From NCBI GenBank assembly GCA_043811375.1, contig JBDRNJ010000040.1:1-59670 (forward strand): a stretch of DNA of 59,670 nucleotides. Direction: 5' to 3'. The stretch is from a bacterium (lineage in GTDB: Bacteria > Zixibacteria > MSB-5A5 > GN15 > FEB-12). Shown piece by piece: positions 29,596 through 39,974 of this stretch. The translations under genes and the position numbers were made by a program. Every line of letters starts with the position of its first letter. The stretch's first letter is position 1. The notes under the pieces are model-generated. The model was not told where the DNA came from. It saw nothing but the letters and a program-made list of their open reading frames with translations, and searched no databases.

Positions 29596-31320
29596 TTAAA
29601 TGCTCAGGGTACGGTACCCTTTACGAATGTCAAATATCTGTTTGGTTATGATATAGGCCGTGTAAAGAGAGATGGTGACACCCCAGAAGAGGGTCACGGC
29701 AAACCCCTTGATCGGCCCCGATCCCAGCAAAAACAGAGCTGCGGCCGTGATCAGGGTAGTTACGTGCGAATCAAAGATAGCCACAAAAGCCCGTTGGTAG
29801 CCGGCGTCAATCGAGGCTCGGACCGTCTTGCCGGTGCGCAGTTCCTCGCGAATCCGTTCAAAAATCAGGATGTTGGCATCGACTGAAATACCTATGGTCA
29901 GGATTATACCGGCAATACCGGGCATCGTCAGCGTGGCGCCCAGGGCAGCCATAACCGCCAGCAGGAAAAAGATGTTAAACAGCAGGCCGACGTCGGCAAT
30001 GATACCCGACAGGCGGTAGTAGACACCTACAAACAGCAGCACCAGGCTCAGCCCCACCAGCGAGGAGAAAAACCCTTTGCTGATGGAGTCGATTCCCAGG
30101 GTAGCGCCGACGACGTTCTTTTCGATGATCTCCACCGGCGCCGGCAGAGCACCTGCCTTAAGGACGATCTCCAGGTTGCGGGCATCCGTTATGGCGGCGG
30201 AAGATCCCATGGTGATCTGGCCTCGGTTGCGAATCTTGGAATTGATAAACGGTGATGATTCGACCTTATTGTCGATGACAATCGCCAGCGGCTTGTCGAT
30301 GTTGGCGCCGGTCAACTGGGCAAAACGGGCGGCACCGTCACCGGAAAGGGAGAAATTCACCACGTAACCACCATAGCTGTCCTGGCCGAGGGCGATGTTT
30401 TCCAGAAACTTGCCCAAAAATTGCACCTTACGTTTGACCAGATAGAGGAGATAAACTTCTTTGTTGTTGCGTATCTCAGGCCGGGTGGACCAGGCAAACT
30501 GGACATCAATCGGGATAACTCTCTGCACTTCGGGCATGTTGAGCCAGCGGTCAATTATTTCCCGGTCCTTTTTTGATACGGCAAACCCGGGCCAGTTGGT
30601 GGTGTTACGATTGTTGTACAGAGCCGTCTCCAGCCGGGAAGTGAGCGGTCGTTCGTTTTCGTCAAGCCCCATATCATCATCGAACGCGAACATTTCAGTG
30701 GTGTCGATGGCGCTGTCGCCCATCAGCTCGGCCAGCATGTCGATCTCTTCGGCGGCCGTTGTGTCAACGATGTCGGCGACCGGTGTCTCAGCAGTAACCG
30801 AATCCTCAACAGTTGTCCCGGTTATCATTCTTTCGTACTCGTGGATCACGGAATCAACTTTGGTCAGTATCAGGGTTGCGTTGTCGAATGTTTCCAGCAG
30901 CTTGAACTCCAGCAGTGCCGTTTGACCGATCAGGTCCTCGGCCCGCTCGGCATCGGTATAACCGGGCAGGTCGACGATGATGCGGTCGGTGCCCTGTTTC
31001 TGGATTACCGGTTCGGCCACACCCAGGCCGTCGACGCGGTTACGAATGATCTGAATGGCGCGCTCGACAGCGTCCTCGCGGGCACCCGGGTCAAGCTCCT
31101 CCATTTTAACCCGCAAAACGACATGGATACCTCCCTGCAGATCCAGTCCCAGCCGGATGGCCTTCTGTTGCAGATTCAACAGAGCACCGGGATCTCGCTC
31201 CTGGAGCGACTCCCGGTCAGTATCGCTCATGGTCCATAGCTTGAAGGTATTCCAGAAGGCGATGCAGGCGAGGACGACCAGAATTGCGGTCAGTATAATT
31301 CGCCAGTTGTGTTTGGGCAT
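29596..31320 (-). CDS. secD: Protein translocase subunit SecD
   Basis: LGLDLQGG, RNRVDGLGVAEP, LKAGALPAP, VDANILIFERIREE. Confidence 0.96.
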   Translation of the reverse strand: MPKHNWRIILTAILVVLACIAFWNTFKLWTMSDTDRESLQERDPGALLNLQQKAIRLGLDLQGGIHVVLRVKMEELDPGAREDAVERAIQIIRNRVDGLGVAEPVIQKQGTDRIIVDLPGYTDAERAEDLIGQTALLEFKLLETFDNATLILTKVDSVIHEYERMITGTTVEDSVTAETPVADIVDTTAAEEIDMLAELMGDSAIDTTEMFAFDDDMGLDENERPLTSRLETALYNNRNTTNWPGFAVSKKDREIIDRWLNMPEVQRVIPIDVQFAWSTRPEIRNNKEVYLLYLVKRKVQFLGKFLENIALGQDSYGGYVVNFSLSGDGAARFAQLTGANIDKPLAIVIDNKVESSPFINSKIRNRGQITMGSSAAITDARNLEIVLKAGALPAPVEIIEKNVVGATLGIDSISKGFFSSLVGLSLVLLFVGVYYRLSGIIADVGLLFNIFFLLAVMAALGATLTMPGIAGIILTIGISVDANILIFERIREELRTGKTVRASIDAGYQRAFVAIFDSHVTTLITAAALFLLGSGPIKGFAVTLFWGVTISLYTAYIITKQIFDIRKGYRTLSI

Positions 31321-31423
31321 GAAATATCCCTTTCCAGTATTCTTAGATTATTGTCAGATTACCTGTCGGCACCCAGAAGCGCCCACGACTTGTCTCAATC
31401 CCGGCAAGGCGGGACTTCAGACG

Positions 31424-31876
31424 TCAGCCGGTGCCTGATGGCTTGCTGCCCACCAGAGTGAGGAGTTGCCCCAGGTCTGAGGAAATAAGGCTGGTTGATG
31501 TCAGGACTTCACGTTGCCGAACCTGTCGGTCGGAGAAAACAACAGTTGGACGCTTGAAAATACCCTGTTTCTTGAGACGTTTCTCGCTGTTGTCCGGCTT
31601 CAGGACGGGAGCCAGTAAGAAAGCGACCGACTGGCCGCCGCCCGGACGGCCATTGGTGGCCAAATTCTCCTGATCGCTGTCGGAGAGGAACCGGGCTGGT
31701 ATCCATTCCCGATTTTCCAGGGCCGCTTCGGACTGGCTGGTTGCAATCCCATCCGGAGACCACAGCCGACCCACGGCACTACTATCAGGTATGGTCAGGA
31801 CAGTAATGACGGTTACCGCCACCAGCCGGGTTACTGTAGTTGTGAACCGAATCGTTTTTTTATTCCAATGCTTCAT
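31424..31876 (-). CDS. Secreted hypothetical protein upstream of secD (candidate arrest-peptide leader)
   Basis: 150 aa from MKHWNKK with a signal-peptide-like N-terminus. TTGACT/TATATT promoter at 31890-31917. Ends 103 nt before secD. Confidence 0.65.
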   Translation of the reverse strand: MKHWNKKTIRFTTTVTRLVAVTVITVLTIPDSSAVGRLWSPDGIATSQSEAALENREWIPARFLSDSDQENLATNGRPGGGQSVAFLLAPVLKPDNSEKRLKKQGIFKRPTVVFSDRQVRQREVLTSTSLISSDLGQLLTLVGSKPSGTG

Positions 31877-32032
31877 TTCAAGTTTGGCGAATATAGCACT
31901 TTCTTTACCCAAGTCAACGCGCTTTTTCAGGTACGGTTGACAGACGCCTGCCGGGGATATAGCTTCCTTCATATTATCGTAAGTAACGGTATCGAGCTTG
32001 AATTGACAGATAAGCCACTCAAGGAGAAAGAA

Positions 32033-34801
32033 ATGACAGGGAGACGAATATCTGCAAAAACCTGGCTGCCGGTAATTCTGCTGGCGTTGTTACCGCTCCG
32101 GGCACCGGCGGAGACCGGCGGTACCACCCAGTACCGGCTGGACAACGGTATGGAAGTCATTCTCAAGGAAAACCACAGTTCGCCGATGGTAGCCGGCATT
32201 ATCTTCATCAGGTCCGGCAGTAAGTATGAGTCAACGTATGAAAATGGCATCACGCATTTCCTGGAACACCTGCTCTTTAATGGCACGGTGACTAGGACCA
32301 GGGAAGAGCTGGATGCCGCTATAGATAACCTGGGCGGCTATATCAATGCCTTTACGCGCAAAGAGTTGACGGCATTTTTTGTGTTGATGCCGAAGCAGTA
32401 TATCGAGTTCGGGATGACGGTCGAGGCGGATATGCTGTTTAATTCGATTTTCTCTGAAGAAGAAATGGCCAAAGAACGAAAAATAGTGATCGAGGAAATA
32501 AATCGTGATACCGATTCCCCCGGGGCGGCGGCTGACGCCTTTTTTATGGAGAAAGCATACGCCGGTACCGACTATAATCGCCCGGTGCTGGGGTATCGAG
32601 CTTTCATCGAGAATATCACGCGCCAGGCGGTTATCGATTACTGGCGTCGATTCTACCTGCCGCGAAACATGACGATGCTGGTTATCGGCGATTTCGAAAC
32701 GTCGGAGATGAAACAGACGGTATCAGGGATTTTTGGCGATATAGGCGACGGGACCGATGATTCTACCCGGGCAACCGACCCGTCCGAACGGGAATCGGCC
32801 GGGAGCACGACGGCAGAAACCGTCCTGACCGGGCAGAATATCTTCGACACCGTGGCCAACGTCACCTCCACCTATATCAACTTCTCGTTGGCGGCGCCCC
32901 ATCATTCTGACTCCGGGTACCTGGCGATGGATTTGTTGAGCCGGTTCCTGGGAATGGACGAAGTGTCACCACTGGTGATGGCTCTCACCGGCGGCGCCAA
33001 CCCGCTGGCCACGGAGGTTGGTATCGATCTGGCGACTTACAGCGAGTTCTCACGGCTGGAAATATATGTCATTACCGACAACCCGGACCATCGCGATACT
33101 ATCGTTTCGACGTTGCTGGAGCAAATGAAAGCTATCGAGCAGTATGAAGCTGATCCGGAGACAATCGCCGGTATCAGGACCAGTGTGCGCTGTAACGAGA
33201 TTTACAACAGCCAGAAACTACACTACTACGGTTTTTTGATATCGTCACGCATTATGTCGGTCGGCTGGGATTTCATTGAAAGCTACGGCGACCGACTGGC
33301 TGAGGTAACCTGGGATGATTGCCGTCAGACGGCCGAGCGCTGGCTGACCGAACCGCAGTACGTGGCTACCGTGGTCAGGCCGGCTGCCGACAGCGGTCAG
33401 GTTGCCTATCGACCACAAGGCCTCAGCGCCGATGAAGTGAAAGCTCATTTTGATACTGTTGTTTTCCCCCCGCAGGAACTGGTGGCCGGCCATGAAATAA
33501 CCTATCCGGAAACCGAGGGAGCGGCATTTAAGCTGGTCGACCCGGCTCAATACCACCGGGAGGTGCTGGCCAACGGTCTGACGGTTATCATTAAATCGGA
33601 TCCGGACTGTCGCGTTTTTGCCGCCAATGTACTGGGTCGCAATCGCACGGCCAATGAACTGCCGGGGAAGGCCGGTATCACCGATTTCGTCAACCGTTGC
33701 CTGGAGAAAGGCACCATTACATACAGCGCCGGGGAACTCCAGCACCAACTGTCGTTGATTGGAGCCAATACCGCGTTCTACGATAATCCGTGGATTCCCT
33801 ATGACGACCGTTACACGACGCGCCGGTACTCATTCCTGAAATTCGAAACAATTGATGAGTTCGCCGAGCAGGGACTGGAGCTTTTCGGCGATATGGTGCT
33901 GAATCCTGCCTTTGACTCAGCCGAGGTGGAGAATATTCGCCGGTCCATGTTCGGCATCCTGGCCCGCCATGGCGGCTCGCCAAGCAACGTGGCACGTGAT
34001 CTGTTCTATACTGCTCTTTTTGAGGGTGAGGCGTACGCCAAGAGCATTATGGGTACCAGGGGCACTATCGGTTCCATTACGGCAGCCGATCTGAAGGCGC
34101 ACCACGCCCGGCAGTACTCGCCCGAGAACATGATCCTGTCGATTGTGACCAGACGAAGCGTAGATGAAGTGCGCCGGTGGATAGCTGATTCTTTTGGTGC
34201 TGTTCCCGCTGTCGGTTTCGTTTCAACCCCGGCCGGGTGTCCGCAACCTTCGGATACAATGTTGCAGGCCCACAGTGATATGGAGAAAAAGCAAATTGCC
34301 CTGTACCGGGGCTGCCTGACGCCGGGCGCCGGCAGCGACGATGCGGTGTCTCTGACGGTGGCGTCATCGATTCTCTCACGACGACTCGGTCTCACCCTGA
34401 GAGAAAAGCAGGGTCTGGCCTATTCGGTGGGGGCGAGCACTCATCTTGACCGGGATTTCGGCTGGTTTTACACCACTATCGGCACCTCTCCCGAAAATTA
34501 CCAACAAGCCCTGGACGGCATAGCTTTTCAGATTGAGAAACTCCAGATGGACGGTCCCAGCCAGGTGGAATTGAACCGGGCGCGTAACGACCTGTGGGGA
34601 CGCCTGATGCGGGCCAAGCTGTCAGGCATCAACCAGGCTTATTATCTTGGTGTAAATGAGTACCTGGGACGCTCCATGGACTATGACAACGACTTGTTGC
34701 AGCAACTGACGGGAGTAACGGCTACATCTGTCAGAACCGCCGCTTCCCGGTATTTCAGAACCGATCGGGGCGTTCTGGTTAGTGCCGGAAAACGACCGTA
34801 A
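32033..34801 (+). CDS. Secreted M16 (pitrilysin/PqqL-like) zinc protease
   Basis: AAGGAG RBS, signal peptide, HFLEH motif, NAFT, LREKQGLAYSV in the C-terminal half. Confidence 0.93.
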   Translation: MTGRRISAKTWLPVILLALLPLRAPAETGGTTQYRLDNGMEVILKENHSSPMVAGIIFIRSGSKYESTYENGITHFLEHLLFNGTVTRTREELDAAIDNLGGYINAFTRKELTAFFVLMPKQYIEFGMTVEADMLFNSIFSEEEMAKERKIVIEEINRDTDSPGAAADAFFMEKAYAGTDYNRPVLGYRAFIENITRQAVIDYWRRFYLPRNMTMLVIGDFETSEMKQTVSGIFGDIGDGTDDSTRATDPSERESAGSTTAETVLTGQNIFDTVANVTSTYINFSLAAPHHSDSGYLAMDLLSRFLGMDEVSPLVMALTGGANPLATEVGIDLATYSEFSRLEIYVITDNPDHRDTIVSTLLEQMKAIEQYEADPETIAGIRTSVRCNEIYNSQKLHYYGFLISSRIMSVGWDFIESYGDRLAEVTWDDCRQTAERWLTEPQYVATVVRPAADSGQVAYRPQGLSADEVKAHFDTVVFPPQELVAGHEITYPETEGAAFKLVDPAQYHREVLANGLTVIIKSDPDCRVFAANVLGRNRTANELPGKAGITDFVNRCLEKGTITYSAGELQHQLSLIGANTAFYDNPWIPYDDRYTTRRYSFLKFETIDEFAEQGLELFGDMVLNPAFDSAEVENIRRSMFGILARHGGSPSNVARDLFYTALFEGEAYAKSIMGTRGTIGSITAADLKAHHARQYSPENMILSIVTRRSVDEVRRWIADSFGAVPAVGFVSTPAGCPQPSDTMLQAHSDMEKKQIALYRGCLTPGAGSDDAVSLTVASSILSRRLGLTLREKQGLAYSVGASTHLDRDFGWFYTTIGTSPENYQQALDGIAFQIEKLQMDGPSQVELNRARNDLWGRLMRAKLSGINQAYYLGVNEYLGRSMDYDNDLLQQLTGVTATSVRTAASRYFRTDRGVLVSAGKRP

Positions 34802-34898
34802 CCGGCAGGAATCGGTGGATTGGGCTTGACCGCGACTGAGCGGCCAGTATATTGGCGTCGATTTATGAATCCGGCTCCTACATCGAGAAAGGCGCAGC

Positions 34899-36020
34899 AT
34901 GTCTGATGGACCGTATTCTAATCGGTCAGTCAATTTGCTGACCGGACCGGTCGTCCAGTTGGTGCTCAAACTGGCAGGGATTGCCGCCCTGCTTTATCTT
35001 TTCCTTCTTTCCATCACGCTGCTGGGGGCTTCATTCAAGCTTCTGGGCGGCAGTTTTGTCGAAGCACTTGTTCAGGCGACTTCGAACCCGCTGGTTGGGC
35101 TCTGTATCGGTCTTCTCTCTACGGCGATTATTCAGTCTTCGTCTTCCACAACGACAATGATTGTTACTATGGTAGCCTCGGGAACGCTGTCGCTGCCAGC
35201 CGCCATCCCGATGGTGATGGGGGCCAATATCGGTACTTCCATTACCAATACGATTGTATCTATAGCCCACGTGTCCCGGAAAGATGAATTCAAGCGTGCC
35301 TTTGCCGGCTCGTTGGTGCACGACATTTTTAATATTTGCTCCGTCATCGTGTTGCTGCCGTTGCAGATAAAGTTCAATATCATCGGCTGGATGGTCGTTC
35401 AGGTGGAGCACCTGTTCGCCGGGTTTGGCGGCCTGAAGTTTTCATCGGTCAATGCCATCACCAAACCGGTGGCCAAAGAGATACTGCATCTCACGGGAGA
35501 CACGACCTGGCTGGGGATACTGATTGCACTGGTGCTGCTTTTTATCGCCTTGCGTTACATGGTGGTTGTCATCAAGTCGCTGGTGCTGGTCAGGGTGGAG
35601 AAATTCTTCGATCGCTTTATCTTCAGAACTCCGGCGCTGGGCTTCATACTGGGAGTATTCCTTACGGCGCTGGTGCAGTCCTCTTCGATTACGACTTCGA
35701 TTGTCATCCCGCTGATCGGAGCCGGAGTCATTACCATTCCTCAGGTTTTTCCGTATATGCTGGGAGCCAACGTGGGCACTACCATTACTGCCTTCCTGGC
35801 TTCGTTTGCGCTCGGTTCTCCGGCGGGGGTCGGGGTGGCGTTTGCGCATCTGATCTTTAACGTATATGGCATCGCCATCTTCTGGCCGCTCAAACAAATA
35901 CCCATCGGGCTGGCCAATGCGCTGGCGGCGGCTACTCAGAAGACAAGGTTGATACCGATACTTTATATAGCCGTGGTATTTTTTATTATACCGGGGTTAG
36001 TGTTGTTTCTGATGGATTAG
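34899..36020 (+). CDS. Na+/Pi cotransporter (NptA/PNaS family)
   Basis: Two QSSS repeats, each followed by GANIGT/GANVGT. Confidence 0.92.
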   Translation: MSDGPYSNRSVNLLTGPVVQLVLKLAGIAALLYLFLLSITLLGASFKLLGGSFVEALVQATSNPLVGLCIGLLSTAIIQSSSSTTTMIVTMVASGTLSLPAAIPMVMGANIGTSITNTIVSIAHVSRKDEFKRAFAGSLVHDIFNICSVIVLLPLQIKFNIIGWMVVQVEHLFAGFGGLKFSSVNAITKPVAKEILHLTGDTTWLGILIALVLLFIALRYMVVVIKSLVLVRVEKFFDRFIFRTPALGFILGVFLTALVQSSSITTSIVIPLIGAGVITIPQVFPYMLGANVGTTITAFLASFALGSPAGVGVAFAHLIFNVYGIAIFWPLKQIPIGLANALAAATQKTRLIPILYIAVVFFIIPGLVLFLMD

Positions 36021-36036
36021 CACGGGAGCGAGAAAT

Positions 36037-36720
36037 ATGTTCAAGAAATTCAGGGAGTTGTTCAGTTCTGAGAATCTGCTCGACACTGCCTATAACACGA
36101 CAGTGAAAATGCTTGAGTTTGACCACAAGATGTTCATGGCTGCCAGCGAAACGCTGCGGTTGAAGGATAACGCTGAACTGCCGTTTGATATCCGCAAAAC
36201 AGACCGCAAGATAAACAAGTACCAGCGGGAGGTGCGTCGTAACGTTCTGACCCACCTGACCATCGCCGGGACGCAGAACATCGTTCCCGGTCTGATGCTG
36301 GTATCGATAGTAATTGATGTTGAGCGGATTGGCGATTACACCAAGAACATCTCGGAGCTGGCCACCAGCCATCCGGAGCGGTTGAAAGCCGGGTACTGGG
36401 AGAAAGATCTGTGCGCGATTGAAGAAAAGATCCGCGATCATTTTCCCAAGGTCATAGAAGTCTTATCCCGGCAGGATAAGCAACTGGGACGCTCGATCAT
36501 GCAGCAGGAGAGAGAGACGTCCAGAATGAGCGACCAGATGGTGACTGAAATAATCGCCGGGGGCAGCAAGAACAGGTCGCTTTCAACCAGTGATGCTGTG
36601 GTGCTGGCCCTGTATGCTCGCTTTTTGAAAAGGACCAACTCTCATCTCAACAACATTGCCACTGCTGTTGTCAATCCTTTCCCGCGAATCGGTTACAGGG
36701 AAAAGAAGGAGAGCAAATAA
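36037..36720 (+). CDS. PhoU-domain protein
   Basis: D.KIN...E, DVERIGDY..NI repeat. Follows the Na/Pi transporter. Confidence 0.85.
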   Translation: MFKKFRELFSSENLLDTAYNTTVKMLEFDHKMFMAASETLRLKDNAELPFDIRKTDRKINKYQREVRRNVLTHLTIAGTQNIVPGLMLVSIVIDVERIGDYTKNISELATSHPERLKAGYWEKDLCAIEEKIRDHFPKVIEVLSRQDKQLGRSIMQQERETSRMSDQMVTEIIAGGSKNRSLSTSDAVVLALYARFLKRTNSHLNNIATAVVNPFPRIGYREKKESK

Positions 36721-36829
36721 GATCACAATGCAGTCGTTGTCGATGGCAGGCAGGATGAGTAGATCAACCGGCAGCCGGCGAGAGGCTGCCCCACAAGGTC
36801 CATAGATGCCGTTTCGGACGCCGGAGTGG

Positions 36830-36994
36830 TCATGCTGAGCGGAGTCGAAGCATGGCAGCCATCGGCTGATTTATGGGTTCCACGGTCCACCTCAGTCTCA
36901 CATTCATTGCTCGAAACTTGTGTGGCGATGCCACTCGCCCTTCGACTCCGTTCAGGGTGACGACATTCGTTGCCTTGTGAAACATACTTATGGG
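36830..36994. repeat. Composite REP-like element with two inverted REP units
   Basis: GTCATGCTGAGCGGAGTCGAAGCA ... CCCTTCGACTCCGTTCAGGGTGAC. Copies at 9472 and 28311. Confidence 0.85.
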
Positions 36995-37051
36995 TCAACC
37001 GGCGGCGCCGGGTGGGGGATTATCCGGAAGCGGCGATAATCTGTGACAGTA

Positions 37052-38728
37052 TCAATCGGAGGTAACGAACCATTCAGTGGCGAGCCGCTCGGTGGCAGCC
37101 ACTATCTCCCGGTCTTTTTCGCCCAGGGCGCCACGCTCTATCAGACTATTGACTGCCTTGTGCAGCAGCACCATCTTGTCGCGAACCGGGATCAGCGCCG
37201 GGTAATACTCATTATTGAAGAATATGCGGAATCGCTTCCGCATGCGTTTGTCGGTCAGCATCCGCCCGATCAACTGTTCGAGTTCTGAGCCGCTGAGGCT
37301 TTCCAGTTCATCCTTGGGTGATCGCATCAGGTCGGCGGTGCGTTTGACATCTCTTTTGCAGCGGAAGGTCATCTGCCAACACTGAACAATCCCCAGCGAG
37401 TTGACGGTCAGGACACTGACGCTGATTCGTTTGCTTTCGGGGTTGGCAACGACACCCTTCATCGGGGGCAGCAGGTAACAGTCGGTGATGGCTCCAAAGG
37501 CGCTGATGCCACCGGCGAAAGGATCATCAATGATGTCCTGGATAGTGAAATACGGTTTGCGTTCAAAACGGGCATCCTGGATGAGCATGAACTCTTCCTC
37601 GGTGAAGTGGAAGCGCTCTTTCCACTTGTCCTCGGGGCTGAGGTCTCTGCGCGTCAGCGATGACTGGCTGGTCAACATGCCCAGCGCCTGCCCGCCACGC
37701 CAGACCAAAGGCAGAACGCCGACGGCCCATTCGGCCGAGCCACCGATCTCGCCGATCATCGAACAGAGGCCACGCCCATCGGGGAAAGTCAGACCATCGG
37801 TGCCCAGCATCACCGCCGGGATAAGGTCTCCGTCTTTGTCAAACGGGGTGGCGACACCGGCGCCGTTAAGCTGGTCCATCGCCGGATAATGCCGGGAACG
37901 ATCCAGAAAGAAAGCGCTCAGATTCTCGACACCGGGAAAACCGAAGGATTCGGCAATGATCTCGGCAGCATCAACGAGGCTGACCTCACGGGGATTAAAC
38001 TCTTCGAAATAAGCGCCGCCCATCCAGCGCTGAATATAAATGTCGGGCAAGTGGCGCTTGATATTGGACTCGGTCACGAACAGACAGGTCAGGCTGGAGT
38101 GGATCGCCTTAATCGACTTGGTGGTGCCGTCGATAACGTCATTGCCCATCGACAGCAAAGCTACGTTCTCCGGCATACGCAGCCCGTACTGGGCCTGATG
38201 TTCCTGTTTGCCGAACACCGCTCCGACCGCGATGGTCGGGTTGCCGCCGATCTCTTTGCCCGGCTTGATGCGGACACCTTCGGTGATGGCCGATTCAATC
38301 AGCACGTCTTCGCCCACCGGCAGAGTTTCGGTCGTCGTCTGCAGCACTTCCGACATGACCTGTGCGGCGGTACGATCGTTGGCACGTTTGAGGCCATCGG
38401 CGGCTTTTTGGTTCCGCTGCTGTTCGGGCAGTTGATTGTAACTGCCACGACCGTGCAAACCGACCGACACCGCCGAGAGTGCCGCCGAAAGAATCACCGA
38501 CTGCCGCAACTGCCGATTGCGCAGAGCGCCCAGGTTCGACTTGTGGTTGATACGGTCGCAGAGAGTGATAATTTCGCATTCGTCCAATGCGATATCATAA
38601 TTGCCCAACACCGACATGTGGCGATGGTTGAACTCGATAATGCGGTCGCGGTTGAATGAAAAGCTCTTCTGCTGACCGCTGTATGTGAGCCGTTGATCGG
38701 CAATGTTATAGCGAAGATTGTTGCCCAT
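37052..38728 (-). CDS. Divergent, enlarged GlpX (class II fructose-1,6-bisphosphatase)-like protein
   Basis: Motifs in GlpX order: GRG, DVIDGT, LDRSRH, DGDL, IGGSAE, GAITD. Confidence 0.65.
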   Translation of the reverse strand: MGNNLRYNIADQRLTYSGQQKSFSFNRDRIIEFNHRHMSVLGNYDIALDECEIITLCDRINHKSNLGALRNRQLRQSVILSAALSAVSVGLHGRGSYNQLPEQQRNQKAADGLKRANDRTAAQVMSEVLQTTTETLPVGEDVLIESAITEGVRIKPGKEIGGNPTIAVGAVFGKQEHQAQYGLRMPENVALLSMGNDVIDGTTKSIKAIHSSLTCLFVTESNIKRHLPDIYIQRWMGGAYFEEFNPREVSLVDAAEIIAESFGFPGVENLSAFFLDRSRHYPAMDQLNGAGVATPFDKDGDLIPAVMLGTDGLTFPDGRGLCSMIGEIGGSAEWAVGVLPLVWRGGQALGMLTSQSSLTRRDLSPEDKWKERFHFTEEEFMLIQDARFERKPYFTIQDIIDDPFAGGISAFGAITDCYLLPPMKGVVANPESKRISVSVLTVNSLGIVQCWQMTFRCKRDVKRTADLMRSPKDELESLSGSELEQLIGRMLTDKRMRKRFRIFFNNEYYPALIPVRDKMVLLHKAVNSLIERGALGEKDREIVAATERLATEWFVTSD

Positions 38729-39036
38729 GTTACTTCATTCCGTTTAAGGTCGGTCCGGAAGTTTTTTCTCTAAGAGTATAGTACAACTAATTCTGTCATT
38801 TTCAAGTGTTAAGTTGACCGGCGGGCTTTACCCGATTTATTCTTGTGGTACAGTCACGCAGCAGCATTTGTAGGGAAGATCTCGGAGAGACCCGCCCATA
38901 CATTCTTTACAAGTCTCAACCCCTATCAAGTTTGTGGTTGCCAACTGATTTTGCGATTGCTCTACTCATCCCTTTGTAGTATATTGATATGGTAGTGAAA
39001 GTTCCCAATGTCTACTTTCCTGCAATGGGGTGTACC

Positions 39037-39804
39037 ATGTTGATAAGAACGATTTCGTTGATTCTCGCCATGTTGCTGCTATTGGTAGTAGCCATGTCGT
39101 GCGATAGTGACAGATGTGTGCAACCGGTGCCGTGCTGTAATGTCTGCGACGAAGATCGCACTGAAGCGGAACTCGCGGCTATCTGGCTCAGCGGCGAACT
39201 CGTCGCACCCGATTCGCTGTACCGACGACTTCTCTGGGGGTTTACAACTATGCGCGAAAAGTATGGCCAGCACATCGCAGAAGTAGCCATTCGTTTTCAG
39301 TTCCCCGTCAGACCCAGTGTGATTGATGTCAAACTCACTGACTCCGCTGCTCAGCAATTCCTCGACGGCTCTTATACTGAATGGGACTCTCTTAACAATC
39401 GATTCGGCTTGCGTCACTTAGACACTGGTGTGTGCTGTTTTGAACATTTCCATTATGTCCGACTGATGTTCGGCGGTCTACAACACCCAAATGTCATTGC
39501 TGGTGAGTATCGTGAACTTGAAGGGATTCAGAACTCCGGATCCAGTGAACATGCCGAGGGTGATTGGTCGAACATGTATCCCTGGATAGCCAACGGCAAA
39601 CTTACGTTCCTGCTGCGATCAGCCTGGGGTGACTGTCCTGCGGGTTGTATGTACAGCCGCTTCTGGTACTTTGTAGAGGAACAGGACGGTCTCATCCTTG
39701 TGGGCAAATGGGAAGATGTCGATATCCAAAGTCCCCCTCCCCCGGCTTGGTGGGATGAGGCTAGTGTCGCCTTCCACACTTACCTGTATCGGACATGGCC
39801 GTGA
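39037..39804 (+). CDS. Hypothetical Cys-rich lipoprotein
   Basis: MLIRTISLILAMLLLLVVAMSC lipobox, WGDCPAGC motif. Confidence 0.7.
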   Translation: MLIRTISLILAMLLLLVVAMSCDSDRCVQPVPCCNVCDEDRTEAELAAIWLSGELVAPDSLYRRLLWGFTTMREKYGQHIAEVAIRFQFPVRPSVIDVKLTDSAAQQFLDGSYTEWDSLNNRFGLRHLDTGVCCFEHFHYVRLMFGGLQHPNVIAGEYRELEGIQNSGSSEHAEGDWSNMYPWIANGKLTFLLRSAWGDCPAGCMYSRFWYFVEEQDGLILVGKWEDVDIQSPPPPAWWDEASVAFHTYLYRTWP

Positions 39805-39878
39805 GCCACCCGGATTCTACATCCTACAGACCGACAAGATCCCGTCGCCAGGTGCCGCCTGATCACTCCGGTATGCAT

Positions 39879-39974
39879 AAAAAAACGCCCGGCGCAGGGG
39901 GAGGGAAACGACGCCGGGCGGAAAAGGCGACACTGATGCAAGTCCTAAGAACTCAAAGCGGGTCGCCTTCTTAT
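39879..39974 (-). ncRNA. Candidate small RNA (two hairpins, intrinsic terminator)
   Basis: Orphan minus-strand terminator CGCCCGGCG/CGCCGGGCG + U7, upstream stem AAGGCGAC/GTCGCCTT, GATAAT -10-like element at 39981-39986. Confidence 0.45.
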
